From: the human T2T-CHM13v2.0 reference genome, Homo sapiens
Direction: 5' to 3' (one strand)
Assembly: GCF_009914755.1 (NCBI RefSeq)
Contig: NC_060937.1
DNA: 64,000 bases
The notes below the pieces were generated by a model, which worked only from the letters and a program-made list of their open reading frames with translations, was not told where the DNA came from and did not search any database. Positions 39,115 through 52,938 of this stretch are shown one piece after another. How positions within the stretch are numbered: position 1 is the first letter of the stretch; the number at the start of each line of letters is the position of its first letter. Position numbers and translations under genes: made by a program.

Positions 39115-42100
39115 TTTTTAAACCTAGCTAGTGACCTATCAATCGTGTTTATCCTTTCAAACAACCCCTTTTCATTTTCTTGATACTGTGTATTTTTTGT
39201 TGTTGTTTTTGTCTCAATTTCATTTAGAACTGCTCTGATTTTAGTTATTTGTTTTATTCTGCTAACTTTGGGTTTGTTCTTATTTTTCTAATTCCTTTTG
39301 ATGCAGTGTCAAGTTGTTAATTTGAGATCTTTCTAACCACTTGATGTAGGTGTTTAACCCTATGAATTTTTCTCTTAAGACTGCTTTTGCAGTATCCCAG
39401 AGGTTTGGGTATGTTGTGTCTTTATTTTCATTTGTTTCAAATTATTTTTTGATTTGTTTTAATTTTGTTGGTTATCCAAAAGTCATTCAGGGGTAAATTG
39501 TTTGCTTTTTGTAAGTGGTTTTGGGAGTTCTTTTTTCTATTAATTTCTATTTTAATTCCACTGTGGTTAAGAAGGTACTTGGTATGATTTCAATTTTTAA
39601 ACATTTACTAAGACTTGCTTTATGACCAAACATGTGGTAAATCTTGGAGTATGTTCCATGTGCATACGAGAAGAATGTATCTTGTATAGTTACCGAGTGG
39701 AGTATTCCATAGATATCCATTAAGACCATTGGTCAGGTGTTCAATATAAGTCCAGAATTTCTTTATTAGATTTCTTTCTTGAGGATTTGTTTAACGCTGT
39801 AAGTTGGGTTGTGAAGTACTCCATTATTATTGTGTGGCTGTCTTTTTCTTAGGTCTAGCAGTAATTTTTTAATAAATATAGTTGCTCCAGTGTTGGTTGC
39901 ACATATATTTAGATTGGTTAAATCTTGCTGAATTTACCCCTTTATCATTATGAAATATGATTCTTTGTGCTTTTTTTACTTTTGTTGTTTTAAAATCTGT
40001 TATATCTGATACAAGAAAATTGGCCTCTACTCTTTTTGTTTGTTTTCCATTTGCATGATAATCATTTTCTATCTCTTTACTTTGAGCCTATGAGTGTCAT
40101 TACATGTGAACTGGGTCACTTGAAGACAGCAGAGTTTGGGGCTTATTTTTTTTAAAACCAGTTTGCCCCTCTGTCTTTTAATTGGAACATTTCTGCTATT
40201 TATGTTCAGTATTAATACTGATATTTGAAGTTTAGTTTCTGTTATAGTGTTGTTAACTAGTTACACTGTAGTCTTTCTCATGTAGTTGCTTTATAGGATC
40301 TGTGGGCTTTGTACTTAATGTGCTTTGTGGTAGAAAGTATTGTTCTTTCATTTCTACGTTTATAACTTCTTTGAGCATTTCTTGTAGGTCTGGTTTGGTG
40401 GTAATTCACTTACTTAGTGTTTACTTGTCTGGGAAAGACTTTATTTCTCCTTCGTTTATGAACCTTACTTTGGCAGGGTAAAAAATTCTTGGCTGGCATT
40501 TTTTCTCTTTCAATGGCTAAACATAGGCTCCCCATCTCTTCTGGCTTGTAAGGTTTCTGCTGAGAAATCCACTGTTAGTCTGATGGGATTCCCTTTATAG
40601 GCAATTCGGCCTTTTCTCCTAACTGCTTTTAAGATTTTTTTTCTTTTGTGTTGACCTTGGGTAGTTTGATTACTGTGTCTTGAGAATCATCATCCTGTAC
40701 AGAATCTTGCAGCAGTTCTCTGAATTTCTTGTCCTGTATGTCAACCTCTCTAGCAAGATCAAATAAATTTTCCTGAAGTATACACTCACACGTTTTTCTA
40801 AGTTGTCTACTTTTTCTTCTTTCTCAGGAATACCAAAATGTCGTAAGTTTGGTCTCTTTACATAATCCCATATTTCTCAAAGGTTTTGTTTTCTAAAATT
40901 ATTTTTTCTTTGTTTTTATTTGATGGTGTTAATTCAAAAGACTGGTCTTTTAGCTCTGAAATTCTTTCTTTTGCTTGGTTGTGTCTATTATTAACATTTC
41001 CAATTATATTTTGAAATCCCATTGTGAAATTTTCAATTCCAGAAATTCTGTCTGTTTCTTTGTTAATATGGTTATGTCATCTTTCATATCCTGGATTGTT
41101 TTTCTCACTTCTTTGTATTGGATTTCAACTTTCTCTTGAATCTCATTGAGTTTCTTTGTCATTCACATTCTGAGTTCTATGTCTCTCATTTCAGATATTT
41201 CCATTTGGTTAGCACCCATTCCTAAAGAGTTAATGTGATCCTTTGGAAAAGATTAAACACCCTGGCTTTTTGTACTGCCAGAGTTCTTGTGCTAATGACT
41301 TCACTTCCAATGAAGCTGACAATTTCCTGTCATTTGAATGAAGCTTTTTATTATTTTTTTCTTTTTTCCCTTAAATGCCTGACTGTGGTGTATGTTGTAT
41401 ATGATTGACTGGCTTGTTTCTGGGTGCTTTCAGAGGTCAAAGTTCTCTATTGATTCCTTTGTTCCAGAAAGTTTCATAAGGTGACTTTTTCACATGCTTC
41501 TCATTGTAAGGATGTATTTTTGTTTGATGGTACAATTCAGGCTGAAGTCCAGCAGATGGTGCTTGAGCATAAGTGCTGGCCAGTAAGCTGGTGCCCCAGT
41601 GGATGCACTCTCCCTAACAGTTGGTGACAGGAAGAGAATGTGATATTCTGAAGCCTCAGTTGAAGGAATGAGGGTGTGCATCAGCTCCTCCTCCAGACCC
41701 AGAAGAGCATAATTCACTTTCCTATCATGCCCCTGTTGCAGGGTTCATGACATTTCCATTTATAAAAGCTTTGTCTTTTGGTTCCCGGCCAGAGTATGGC
41801 TGTGGGCCATGGTCTCACCTCTCTGACAGCTACCAGTAGGATGAGGTTTGGGGACACAGCCTCTTTCCCTAGTTTGGGTCGGGCAGCTCCATGGATTGTA
41901 CTTCATTGCCAGGATACTATTGCTCAGTTTAGGGAGGAGGAGTTGGACCCCACCCTTTGTAATAGCTGTAGCCACCATGGGCTAACTTTCAACAGGGATG
42001 GAGCCACTGGAAAAGCCCTAAAGTGCTTTCTTTCAGTATCTTTAGTGGTTTTGGAGCCACCAGAGAAGCATAAAAAGCACTTTCTTTCAGTGCATGCTCA

Positions 42101-42942
42101 CTTTCAATGAGGGTGAAGCCATCAGAAAAGTCAAAAAGTGCTTTCTTTCTGTGCATGCTCATAGGGATGCAGTGGCAAGAACTGCTGCTGCAGCTAAAAC
42201 AGTGCAAGGGAGGGAGAGAGGCAAGAGATGACCCCCTCTCCATGTTTTTGCTTGGGTACTTGTGGTTCCTCCTCTAGCAGTTGGCACCACACCCATGTTT
42301 TCTTTGTCCCAAGAGGTGCTTTGGTGGGCTATACTCCTTTCTTCTTAGGGGTGATCTACACTGAGGGTTACATACCCAGGGGTCCCACAACTACCCAGGG
42401 AACTAACAATCCCTGTGCTTGCCAAAGTTAGAGCAGGTTGTGGGGTTTGTTTGTATATGGTTTGGTGGTGCAGTGGCTTAAGAGCAGAGGATTTCCAGGC
42501 TGGGCAGTGGCATCTCAGGTGCACTATCAGTGTGGTGCCTACCATCTCAACTTGGGTCTGAGGGAGGGGTAGCATGCCTGCTTGAGCGGGCCACCAGGTT
42601 CTCTGGTCCCAGAAAGTTCTCTTATCACCAGCCTTTGTGTTGACCTGGCTCATGAGGGTGGAGGGACTCCCCAGTAGCAATGATCAGATTGTCAGAGGGG
42701 TGAGGGAAGACAAGAAGTACTCCCACGTATCCTTTCCACTGAGCTATGAATTCCTCTGGAGTTAGTCTCAGCCAGACTTTTGCTGCTTTCTTTCTTTGCT
42801 CCCTAGCCTCTTCCCATAAGCTCTCTGAGAGTTCCTGGCTGCCTTCTCTCCATTTTTCATTCAAATCCCGACCATTCACTGGTAACTTTGATCTTTCTTC
42901 TGAGGAGTACTGGCATGCAATGTCCCTACTCATCAATTTTGA
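39115..42942 (-). mobile_element. L1 (L1PB/L1M2-like) 5' half: 5'UTR, ORF1 and ORF2 endonuclease; 3' half absent
   Basis: ORF 39547-39729 (-) reads DIYGILH...FFSYAHGTYSKIYHMFGHK (L1 endonuclease); ORF1 antisense CTTGTAAGGTTTCTGCTGAGAAATCCACTGTTAGTCTGATGGG; higher-GC 5'UTR ends near CTACTCATCAATTTTGAA. Confidence 0.9.
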
Positions 42943-43547
42943 ATTAAAAAAAAATAAGCTGTTCCCTTACTTTTAATAACTGTCCTTTCATTTTAATCCA
43001 ACTGTTAAGTTTGTATAACAAATATGATACTGAAAATTTTCCTTTTTTTTGCACTGTTGAATCTATACGACCAACATTTTAAATAATGATTTCCATTCAC
43101 AGGTGATCAGCCTATTCCCTGATTACAGTCCTGTTTTGATATATTCTTATCAAATGAAGTTTGTTTGAAGTTGGTTTCTCTTTCCATGTGTTTGTTTAGA
43201 TCGTCACCACAAGGGTAAGGCACATTATTACTATTAGCGAAGTGACAGTCAACAATTTTTCATCTGAAAAGCATTTTACCAATATTGACTTTGGAAGTCT
43301 TTATTACTAAGATTATTTATTCATATATATCTGAACATAACTTGTGGGGTACAAGGAGAACTGATATGAACTTGAAGCTCATCCGTCTGTTACACCATGA
43401 GTCTTTTGTCCCTGGCCCAGGAGTTGCAGCTTCTGTCAACATCTATGAAACAGTGGCTGGCTAAATTGTGAGCTTGCAAGCAGAATAAAATCTCAGACTC
43501 TGCAATTCCTGAAAACTGTAAGCAGATATATTCATAGAATATCTTCT

Positions 43548-43952
<405 letters not shown>

Positions 43953-44064
43953 TTAAAAAACAGAAGAAAGAGAGATAAAGACAAAGAAAGAGAGAAAAGA
44001 GGAGAGAAAGAAAGAGAGACACAAAGAAAGAAAAAGAGAAAAGAACAACTGACTTTTCCTTTGC

Positions 44065-44290
44065 TATTTAATCATTAAACAGATATAATGAGTGTGTACT
44101 CTATCCCATTCATACTTTAAGATAATACAGCAGAGAACAGAGTGGACATGGTACCACTTTTATGGAATACATCTTTTAGTTATATATAAGGAACAATATT
44201 ACAGATAATGATATATAACGTAAAAGAAGTGAACATTCTTGGGATAATTGTAATTAACAGACAGCTACATTAGACAGGGTGATAAAAATT
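44065..44290 (-). mobile_element. L2 3' fragment
   Basis: ATTTAATCATTAAACAGATATAATGAGTG...GATAATACAGCAGAGAACAGAGTGGACATGGTACCAC...TTAGACAGGGTGATAA. Confidence 0.55.
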
Positions 44291-45282
44291 CCTTTTTAAC
44301 TCTGAACCTGGGAGCATGGTTTAGTGAAAGAAGTCCTGAATTCCAGTGATAGACCTGATACCTATTCATTCTGAGGAATTTGCAAGTAGGTAATCACACG
44401 TTCTCTGTCATACTGATGGATATATTTTCTAATAATAATACCAACATACTGTAAGTATATTTTGGCATTGTGGAACACAAAATAAAGGTTAAATGTGATT
44501 AGTAGTAGCAATTGAACTACCAGAGTTCTTGTTAACCAGTGTCTTTTCTGCTAAAGTAAAAGTTGACATGACTATCTTTTGTTTTTGATTTTATAATATG
44601 GATTTTTTTATAAGCATTAGTATCCTTATGAAGTATTGTGGTAAAAGTCAAGCTGTCTTTGATAAAAGCTCATAAAAATATGTCTGGATTGTCATTTTAT
44701 ACATGCTATCATAGTCATTCTGCAGATGTAATTGTAGGAGTTGAGCTTCAATGAACACTACCCTAGGATAAATCTAGAAAGCTAGATAGACTTCCTTTTT
44801 TAGCTTGCGCTTATTTTTCTCTTTTATATTTTTTCTTCTTCCTGATTTAAAAAAAAAAGTATCTAATTTTAGCTAAACAGAATCTGGGCTAATCAGAAAT
44901 CTTTTTTTTCTGTAGCATACTATAAATTAGAACTTTTGAAATAAGTGTTTCTATTTTAATAATTCCAAAAGGTCTTATCATTACTTTTAATCTCCCCAAA
45001 TCACAAGACTACAAATGCATAGTCCTCATAGTTTTACATTCAACTCTAGGAAATTCAGGGACATATTTCTTGTAGACAAAATACAACTTGAAATCACATT
45101 CTTTATAGTAAAAAAGATCAGGAAGAGGAAAAGATTATATGTTAATTTTGTGTTTAATGGACAATGTTATGCAATAGATTAGGTTAAAAATTGAAAGCTT
45201 AATTAGAATTTATTTTGTGTTGAAAATTCATATTTGATTTATTCTTTCATATTTCAAGCAAGAAGAATACACTCAGGAAAAA

Positions 45283-45384
45283 AGAATTTTCTCATGATGA
45301 CAGGACCAGTGAAATTAAAGTACATTTTACATTGTACTTTATTGTACTTTAATTTCACTGGTCCTGTCGTCATGAGAAAATTCT
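45283..45384. repeat. Near-perfect inverted repeat: 42-bp arms with an 18-nt spacer
   Basis: 45283-45324 AGAATTTTCTCATGATGACAGGACCAGTGAAATTAAAGTACA is the reverse complement of 45343-45384 at 41 of 42 positions. Confidence 0.97.
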
Positions 45385-45424
45385 CCTTCTCTTTCCTTGT
45401 CACAGGCCCTACTGACTATTCTAT

Positions 45425-45610
45425 ATTTTAAAGGTGTGATCCTTGGATTACATAATCAGCATCACCTCTGTCTTGTGACTGTTTAATAATCAGATTTCTA
45501 AGCCCCCAAGCAGACTTGCTGATATTGAATTTCGATGATGAGGCTTAGAAAGAAGAATTTTGATAAGCTTTTAGGACTTTTTGTGTACTTGAGAGATATA
45601 TAACCCTTGA
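45425..45610. mobile_element. MER5-like hAT-Charlie MITE
   Basis: AAAGGTGTGATCCTTGGA...ATCAGCATCACCT...CAGATTTCTAAGCCCCCAAGCAGACTTGCTGA...ATTTTGATAAGCT. Confidence 0.55.
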
Positions 45611-46659
45611 ATTATATAAGTCAATAAAATTAAAACAAAATGTCTGACTGGAGTGGTAAAGTTATCTGTTATAATTTATACCAGTGAAACTATCAAATAC
45701 ATAAACAATCGAGCTTTCTTCAGAATCTTATGGTACACTTATTTTTCCCTTTAGTGAAATTTTATTTTTCATCAGTAATTATATTGCCACAGTCTATAAA
45801 AACGCTGTGAATAAAATATGTATATACACATCCTTAAAGAGCTCAAATGATATAATTCTAAATAAGTAGTAGTTTTAATAATAACTAAAAAGTTTTAAAT
45901 AGTGAATAATTATAATAAAGAAATGTAATTGAAGATAATTTATATATGAGTTATACTGACGCTTATCATTTATTATATTTTATTCCTTTAGCTTCATTTA
46001 ATCAGGTATCATATTTGATTTTATTTAAAATCAAAGCCAACAGTTTAAGTTTTGGTTCCCCCAAAGTCTTCATTTTACTCTCTTCTCTAGGGCAATGACT
46101 GTGAGTCTTTTTTAAAAGTGAGTTCTAATTTATATGTCATCATTTGCAAAACAAAATTGTATGTTTGCAACTGGATATATTAGTGTAGTTAAATGGTGAA
46201 ACTGCTGCTAGAACTATTGAGAAGGAAAATTTATCAGATAATATTTTAAAACAATATCCTGGTTTATAAGAAAGAAGACATAGCTTCGTTAAGAAAAATG
46301 ATTACATTTCTGACAGTTATAATAGCAAAATCATGGGAAAAAAGAATAATATGTTGTTATAGTGTGAACTTAAATACGAGAATCAGCAAAAGAACAGCCC
46401 AAGAGTAGTTGACAAAGCTGAGATAGCAAGTGAAGCTCAGATACTGTCTTGGAAAAGGGAGCTGAGAGCTATAGTTCTGGGACACAGTCATGTTACTTAG
46501 TCACTCTAAGTCAATTTTACAACTGCAAATTGGGATGGTTTCATAACAGTATTCAAGAAGTATTTATTGGGCCTATATGTTAGATGCTGTACTTTTTGTT
46601 AGGGATAGAGTACAAGAAAAAATAATGGATATAGAGTCCTTAGAAATTTCTGGTGTACA

Positions 46660-49600
46660 AATGACACATACTCTAATATTGACCACAGAGTTGGAAATAA
46701 AACAATCCTCAGCAAAATCAAAAGAACCAAAATCATAACAGCACATTCTCAGTCTACAGTGCAGTAAAAAAATCACCACTAAAAACATCACTCAAAACCG
46801 CACAATTACATGAAAATTAAACAACATACTCCTGAATTATTTTTGAGTAAATAATGAAATTAACACAGAAATAAAGAAGTTATTTGAAACTAATGAGAGC
46901 AAAGATACAACACACCAAAATGCATGAGACACAGCTAAGGCAGTGTCGAGTGGAAAATTTATAGCACTAAAAGCACACATCAAAAAGTTAGAAAGATCTC
47001 AAATTAATGACCCAACATCACAACCTAAATAATCAGAGAAGCAAAACAACCCCAAATCTAGCAGAATACAAGAAATAACCAAAATCAGAGCTGAGTTGAA
47101 GGAGATTGTGATACAAAAATAATCATTCAAATGATCAACAAATCCAAGAGTTGTTTTTTTGAAAAAAAAATAGTAAGATAGATAGGCTGTTAGCTAGATT
47201 CATAAAGAAGAAAAGAGAGAAGACCCAAATAAATACAATTAGAAATGACATAGGGAATGTTACCATCGAGTCCACTGAGAAATACAAATAGCCATCAGAG
47301 ACTACTATGAACACCTCTATACAAACAAACTAGAAAACCTAGAAGAGATGAATAAATTCCTGGAATCTGAAGTTGAATAAGTAGTAAATTGCCTGCCAGC
47401 CACAAAAATCCCAAGACTAGGTGGATTCACAGTCAAATTCTACCAGATGTACAAAGAAAAGCTGGTACAAATACTCCTGAAACTATTCCAAAAAAATGAG
47501 AAGGAGAGACTTATCTCCAACTCACTATCTGAGACCAGCATCATCCTCATACCCAAACCTGGCAGAGACACAACAAAAAAAGAAAACTTCAGGCCATTAT
47601 TTTTGATGAACATTGATGTGAAAATTCTCAACAAAATACTTGAAAACTGAATCCAGCATCACATCAAAAAGCTGTTCCAACATGATCAAGTAAGTTCTAT
47701 TCCTGAGATGCAAAGTTGGTTCAACATATGTCAATCAATAAATTTGATTCATCACATAAACATAACTAAAGAAATAACTACATGATAATGTCAATAAATG
47801 CAGAAAAGGTTTTCAAAATTTCAAAATTCATTCATATGAAAACTCTCAATAAACTAGGTATTGAAGGAACATACCTGAAAATAAGAGCCATCTATGATAA
47901 ATGCACAGCCAACATCATACTTAATGGGAAAAAGCTCAGAGCATTCCCCTTGAAAGCAGCACAAGATAAAGATGCCCTTTCTCACCACTCCTATATATTC
48001 CAATATAGTATTGGAAGTCCTGGCCAGGGCAATCACACAACAGAAAGAAATAAAGGACATCCAAATAAGAAGAGAGGAAGTCCATTCTTGTTTGGAGATG
48101 ACATGATTCTATAAGTATAATAGAAAATCCCTTCGTTCCCACACCTAAAAAACTACTACTGCTGATAAAAACTTCAGTAAAGTTTCAGAATACAAAATCA
48201 ATGTACGAAAATGGCTAGTATTCGTATTTAGCAACAATATCCAAGTTGAGAGCCAAACCAGGAACACAATCCCATTCACAACTACACAAAAAGAATAAAA
48301 TACCTAAGAATACAGCTAGCCAAGGAGGTAAAATTCTCTACAATGAGAATTATAAAACGCTCCAGAGATAACATAAACAAATGGAAATCATTCCGTCTCA
48401 TGGAAGAATCAATATCATTAAAATTGTCATATTGCCCAAACCAATTTACAGATTCAATGCTATCCCTACAAAACTGCCAATGACATTTTTCACAGAACTA
48501 GAAAAATCTTTTTGAAAATTGATATGGAACCAAAAGGGAGCCCAAATTGCCAGTGTGATCCTAAACAAAAAGAACAAAGCTGTAAGCATCATGTTACTCC
48601 ATTTCAAACTATACTACATGGCTACTGTAACCAAAACAGCACGTTACTGTTACAAAACCAGACACATAGACCAAGGTAACAGAATAGAGAAACCAGAAAT
48701 AAGGCCATACACCTATATGTATCTGATCTTTGAGAAAACTGATAAAACAAGCAATAGGAAAAAAATTCCCTATTCAATAAATGGTGCTGGAATAACTGGC
48801 TAGCCAAATATGCACAGGACTGAAACCGAATCCCTTCCTTACACCTTATTAAAAAATCAACTCAAGATGGATTAAAGACTTAAAGGTAAAACCCAAAACC
48901 CTGAAAACAACATGTTCAATACCATTCTAGACATAGGAGTGGGTGAAGATTTCACTATTAAGAGCTAAACGCAATCCCAAGCAAAAACTGACAAATGGAA
49001 TCTAATTAAACTTAAGAGCTTCTGCACAGCAAAAGAAACTATCAACAGAGTAAACAGACAACCAAAAAATTTGGAGAAAGTATTTGCAAACTATGCATCT
49101 GAAAGAGATCTAATATCCAACATCTCTAAGGAACTTAAACATACTAATAAGCAAAAAGACAAAGAATCCCATAAAACATGGGCAAAAGACATGAACAGAT
49201 ACTTTTCCAAAGAAGACATACATGTGGCCAATAATCATATGAAAAAACTCAGTATCACTGATTATTGGAGAAATGCAAATCAAAACCATACTGAGATACC
49301 ATCTCACACCAGTCAGAATGGCTATTATTAAAAAGTGAAAAAAATAAGAGATGCTTGTGAAATTGTGGAGAAAAAGGAACACTTACACACGGTTGGTGGG
49401 AATGTAAATTAGTTCAGCCACTATGAAAAACAGTGTGGTGATTCCTCAAGGGGGAAAAACAGAACTACCATTCAACCCAGCAATCCTGTTTCTGGCTATA
49501 TACCCAAAAGAATATGAATTGTTCTCCATAAAGATACATGCATGTGCAATTTCAATGCAGCACTAGTCTCAATAATAAAGATCTGGAATCAGCCTAAATG

Positions 49601-50027
49601 CTCATCAATGACAGACTGGATAAAGAAAATTTGGTATATATACACCATGGAATACTATGCAGCCATATAAAAGGACTAGATCATGCCTTTTGCAGGAACA
49701 TGGATGGAGCTGGAGGCCATCATCTTTAGCAAACTAACACAGAAATAGAAAATCAAATACTGCATGTTCTCACCTATAAGTGGGAACTAAATGATAAGAA
49801 CACATGGATACAAGAGGGGAACAACAGACACTGGGGCCTACTTAAGGGTGGAGCATGGGAGGAAACAGAGAAAAAACAAGAAACAAGCAAACAAAAAACA
49901 ACTATTGCGTGCTTGGCTTGTTACCTGAATGATGAAGTAATCTGTACACCAAATTTCCACCATGCAAGTTTACCTATATTACAAACTTGCCGATGTACCT
50001 CTGAACCTAAAATAAAAGTTAAAAAAA
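46660..50027 (+). mobile_element. 5'-truncated L1 (L1PA13-15/L1PREC2-like): ORF2 plus 3'UTR, inserted into an L2-like relic
   Basis: ORF fragments [14 protein letters not shown]...[19 protein letters not shown] and LFGDDMIL (RT motif); ends AACCTAAAATAAAAGTTAAAAAAAA; degenerate TSD AGAAATTTCTGGTGTACA (46642-46659) / AGAAATTACTGGCATATA (50028-50045). Confidence 0.95.
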
Positions 50028-50479
50028 AGAAATTACTGGCATATAGAAAACACACAGCAAATCATGTTAGATGAGATTATGCAGAACACATATTAAAATA
50101 AATTATGTGTACATAGTAAGAAAGGGCTACAGCAGAGTTTAAAATGCAGGGAAAAAGACAGGGACAGGATGCACTGAAATGGGGTTCTAAGAAATAGATA
50201 TTATCTTCTAATGACCTCTGATATTATGTATAGGGCAGAATGAGGGAGAGAAATAAGGCAAATGAGATCTAGCCCTTCTTATAGATTCTAATTAAAGCTA
50301 TCACAGGCTGAAATGTATTTATGTTTGCATATGAATATCTGTATATCTGTGCGGCAAAAGATTCAAGGTAGACCAAAATTCAGGAATAGGCTGCAATTAT
50401 AGAAGAAGACTGGGCCAAGGTAGGGTAAACAGTCAATCCCTCCATCTCCCGTTTCCTCTAAAGTTCATGTGAGACTAAG

Positions 50480-50668
50480 TGCTCCTCGAATACTCTGAAA
50501 ATCAAGCTAGCATTTATCACAGAATATTATCCAAACATCTTACTTGTCTGCACTCTAGAAAATCTATCAGAGCAGGAACTGTGTGTGTCATTTTTTTTCA
50601 TGTATCCCTGGTGCCTAGTGCAGAGCCTTGAAACAGAAAAGAGGCTCAGTGAATATTTGTTCATTGTC
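50480..50668 (+). mobile_element. L2 3' end
   Basis: GAGCAGGAACTGTG...TGTATCCCTGGTGCCTAGTGCAGAGCCTTGAAACAGAAAAGAGGCTCAGTGAATATTTGTT. Confidence 0.75.
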
Positions 50669-51497
50669 GAATCTCATCTCAACTTATTCAACAATAGACA
50701 TTTTTCTCTTCAATTGCTATTTTCATGTTTAATCTGTGCATATTCTCCTTGTAAAGGGAGGGGAGAAATAGGAGGAGAGAAATATGTTTGAATCAAACAT
50801 TTCTCTTTTCCTGCCTCAGAGGTTCTGAAGCTAGAGGTTCTTGAACCTCACATTGCTTTTCTAAGAATGTTACTTGTCCTGTCCTCCACAAAATCACAAA
50901 TTTCACCTAATAATTCCAACGTGATGGTGCATGTTTGGATGTCGCCTCCAGGTTAAGCATCTTGACATCAATGTGGTACACTATAATGTTTTTAAGTTCT
51001 CTTCTTCTCCTGGAATTTCTAAAATTTATTCTTCTATATATCTGCCAAACACTATATAGATGGGATAGTTTATAGAAGTTTCCCTAGTTATAAAGTTTTT
51101 ATTAGCGCTAATAATCTTTCAAGACTGAATACCAAAGAACATTTCATCTGCGGGAGAGGAATCTTTCACATTCTTTTCTACACTCTAAAAATATCAACTT
51201 AAGCTGTGATGGAATAATTATGTGTACTGTAGCACTTTGTGTATTACTATTCTGGGATATGTGCACATTTGCCTGAGGGTGTATATAAGATGGATAGTAT
51301 AAAAACATAAACAAAGTGGGTGGGTGCTAGCGAAGCATAAAAGAGGAAACATTTGATGGACTGTTTTGTACTTGGTATTCTGCTTCTATTGCTCTGCTTA
51401 CGTGGCAATCACAGAACTTGAATTCAGGATACAATAATATTTTTCTGGCAGCAAATTCCAGAAGTAACTGTGTAGGCTGTTTTAGAACTGCTGCTAA

Positions 51498-51860
<363 letters not shown>

Positions 51861-52850
51861 GCCATTTCCTGTTAATTCCAATTTCAGTCCAGAGACATAT
51901 ATAGGATGGCCTAGAAAGCTCAGCTTGTTCTGGCCCTTACTGCCCCTCTTACCTCATTTCATGCCACAAGAAAAAGAGAAGAAATACAGGGTGAGTTCCA
52001 CAAGAGTTATGTGAAGAACTCTATGAACTGACTCTATGTAGCGGCCATTTCTGGCCCTCTAGGGTAGCACAAAGAGTCAATAAATGAGACAACAAATGGC
52101 CAAAACAGAAATCAACTTGGGTATTAGTATTTCAAGAATCTCAGTGTATGCCCCAATATTATATACAGTTTTGATATGTTGATTAACCTAAAGTAGCAGT
52201 TTTCCTGATTCTTTGCATATGGTTCAAGAATAGTGATGGCATCAAGTGAGACTACGATATCGTCATTTTCAGGAGAGGTAAATTTCTAACATAGTAAGCA
52301 TTCAATAAATATTCGTTAAAATTGAATAAATAAAAATTGACGAAAAATTATTGGCCCCATTTGAAATAATTACAGTTAACTTGCGTGATTACAACATTAA
52401 TATTCAATAGCAATTTAAATTTGATATGACTTACATTATGGGCTTGAACCCAGTTTTGAATGTTGTTTGTCAATTTTCAACATCTTAGAAATAAGTACTA
52501 TGCATACTTTGGGGTCTAATTTTAAATAAAAAATATTGATGAGAATGCTCTGAAAATTACAACAAATTATCAAAATTAGATCGAATACTTTACAAAATAA
52601 ATATAGTAACTTGCCTTTTAGATTTTTAAAAAAATACTTCTTAGTAGAATCTCACTTTGTAAGAAAAGACTTGCTTTAAGTTAATATATCCAGTTTTTTT
52701 CTTTCCTTTATATAAAATTATTTTACTTTGATGTGAGGTTATAAAGTAAAGTTGGGATTAGGAATGTAATCATGCATGCAGAGACACCATCAGTACAATC
52801 ATCCCATAGGTAACACTGATAGGTAGAAAGAAGGGTGTATCAGCCATTTT

Positions 52851-52938
52851 ACCTCAAACCTCAGTATCACACAATATACCCATGTAACAAACCTGCCACA
52901 TATTCCCTGAATCTAGAATAAAAATTGAAATTAAAAAA
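52851..52938 (+). mobile_element. Very short L1PB-type 3' end
   Basis: CAAACCTCAGTATCACACAATATACCCATGTAACAAACCTG...CCCTGAATCTAGAATAAAAATTGAAATTAAAAAA. Confidence 0.8.

Noticed and set aside
47447-49331. L1 ORF2-like ORFs including LFGDDMIL
   Set aside because: The L1 is 5'-truncated and multiply frameshifted, so it cannot encode a functional protein.
52790-52830. Possible inverted L1 piece upstream of the short L1PB 3' end
   Set aside because: The similarity is too short and gapped to support by eye.
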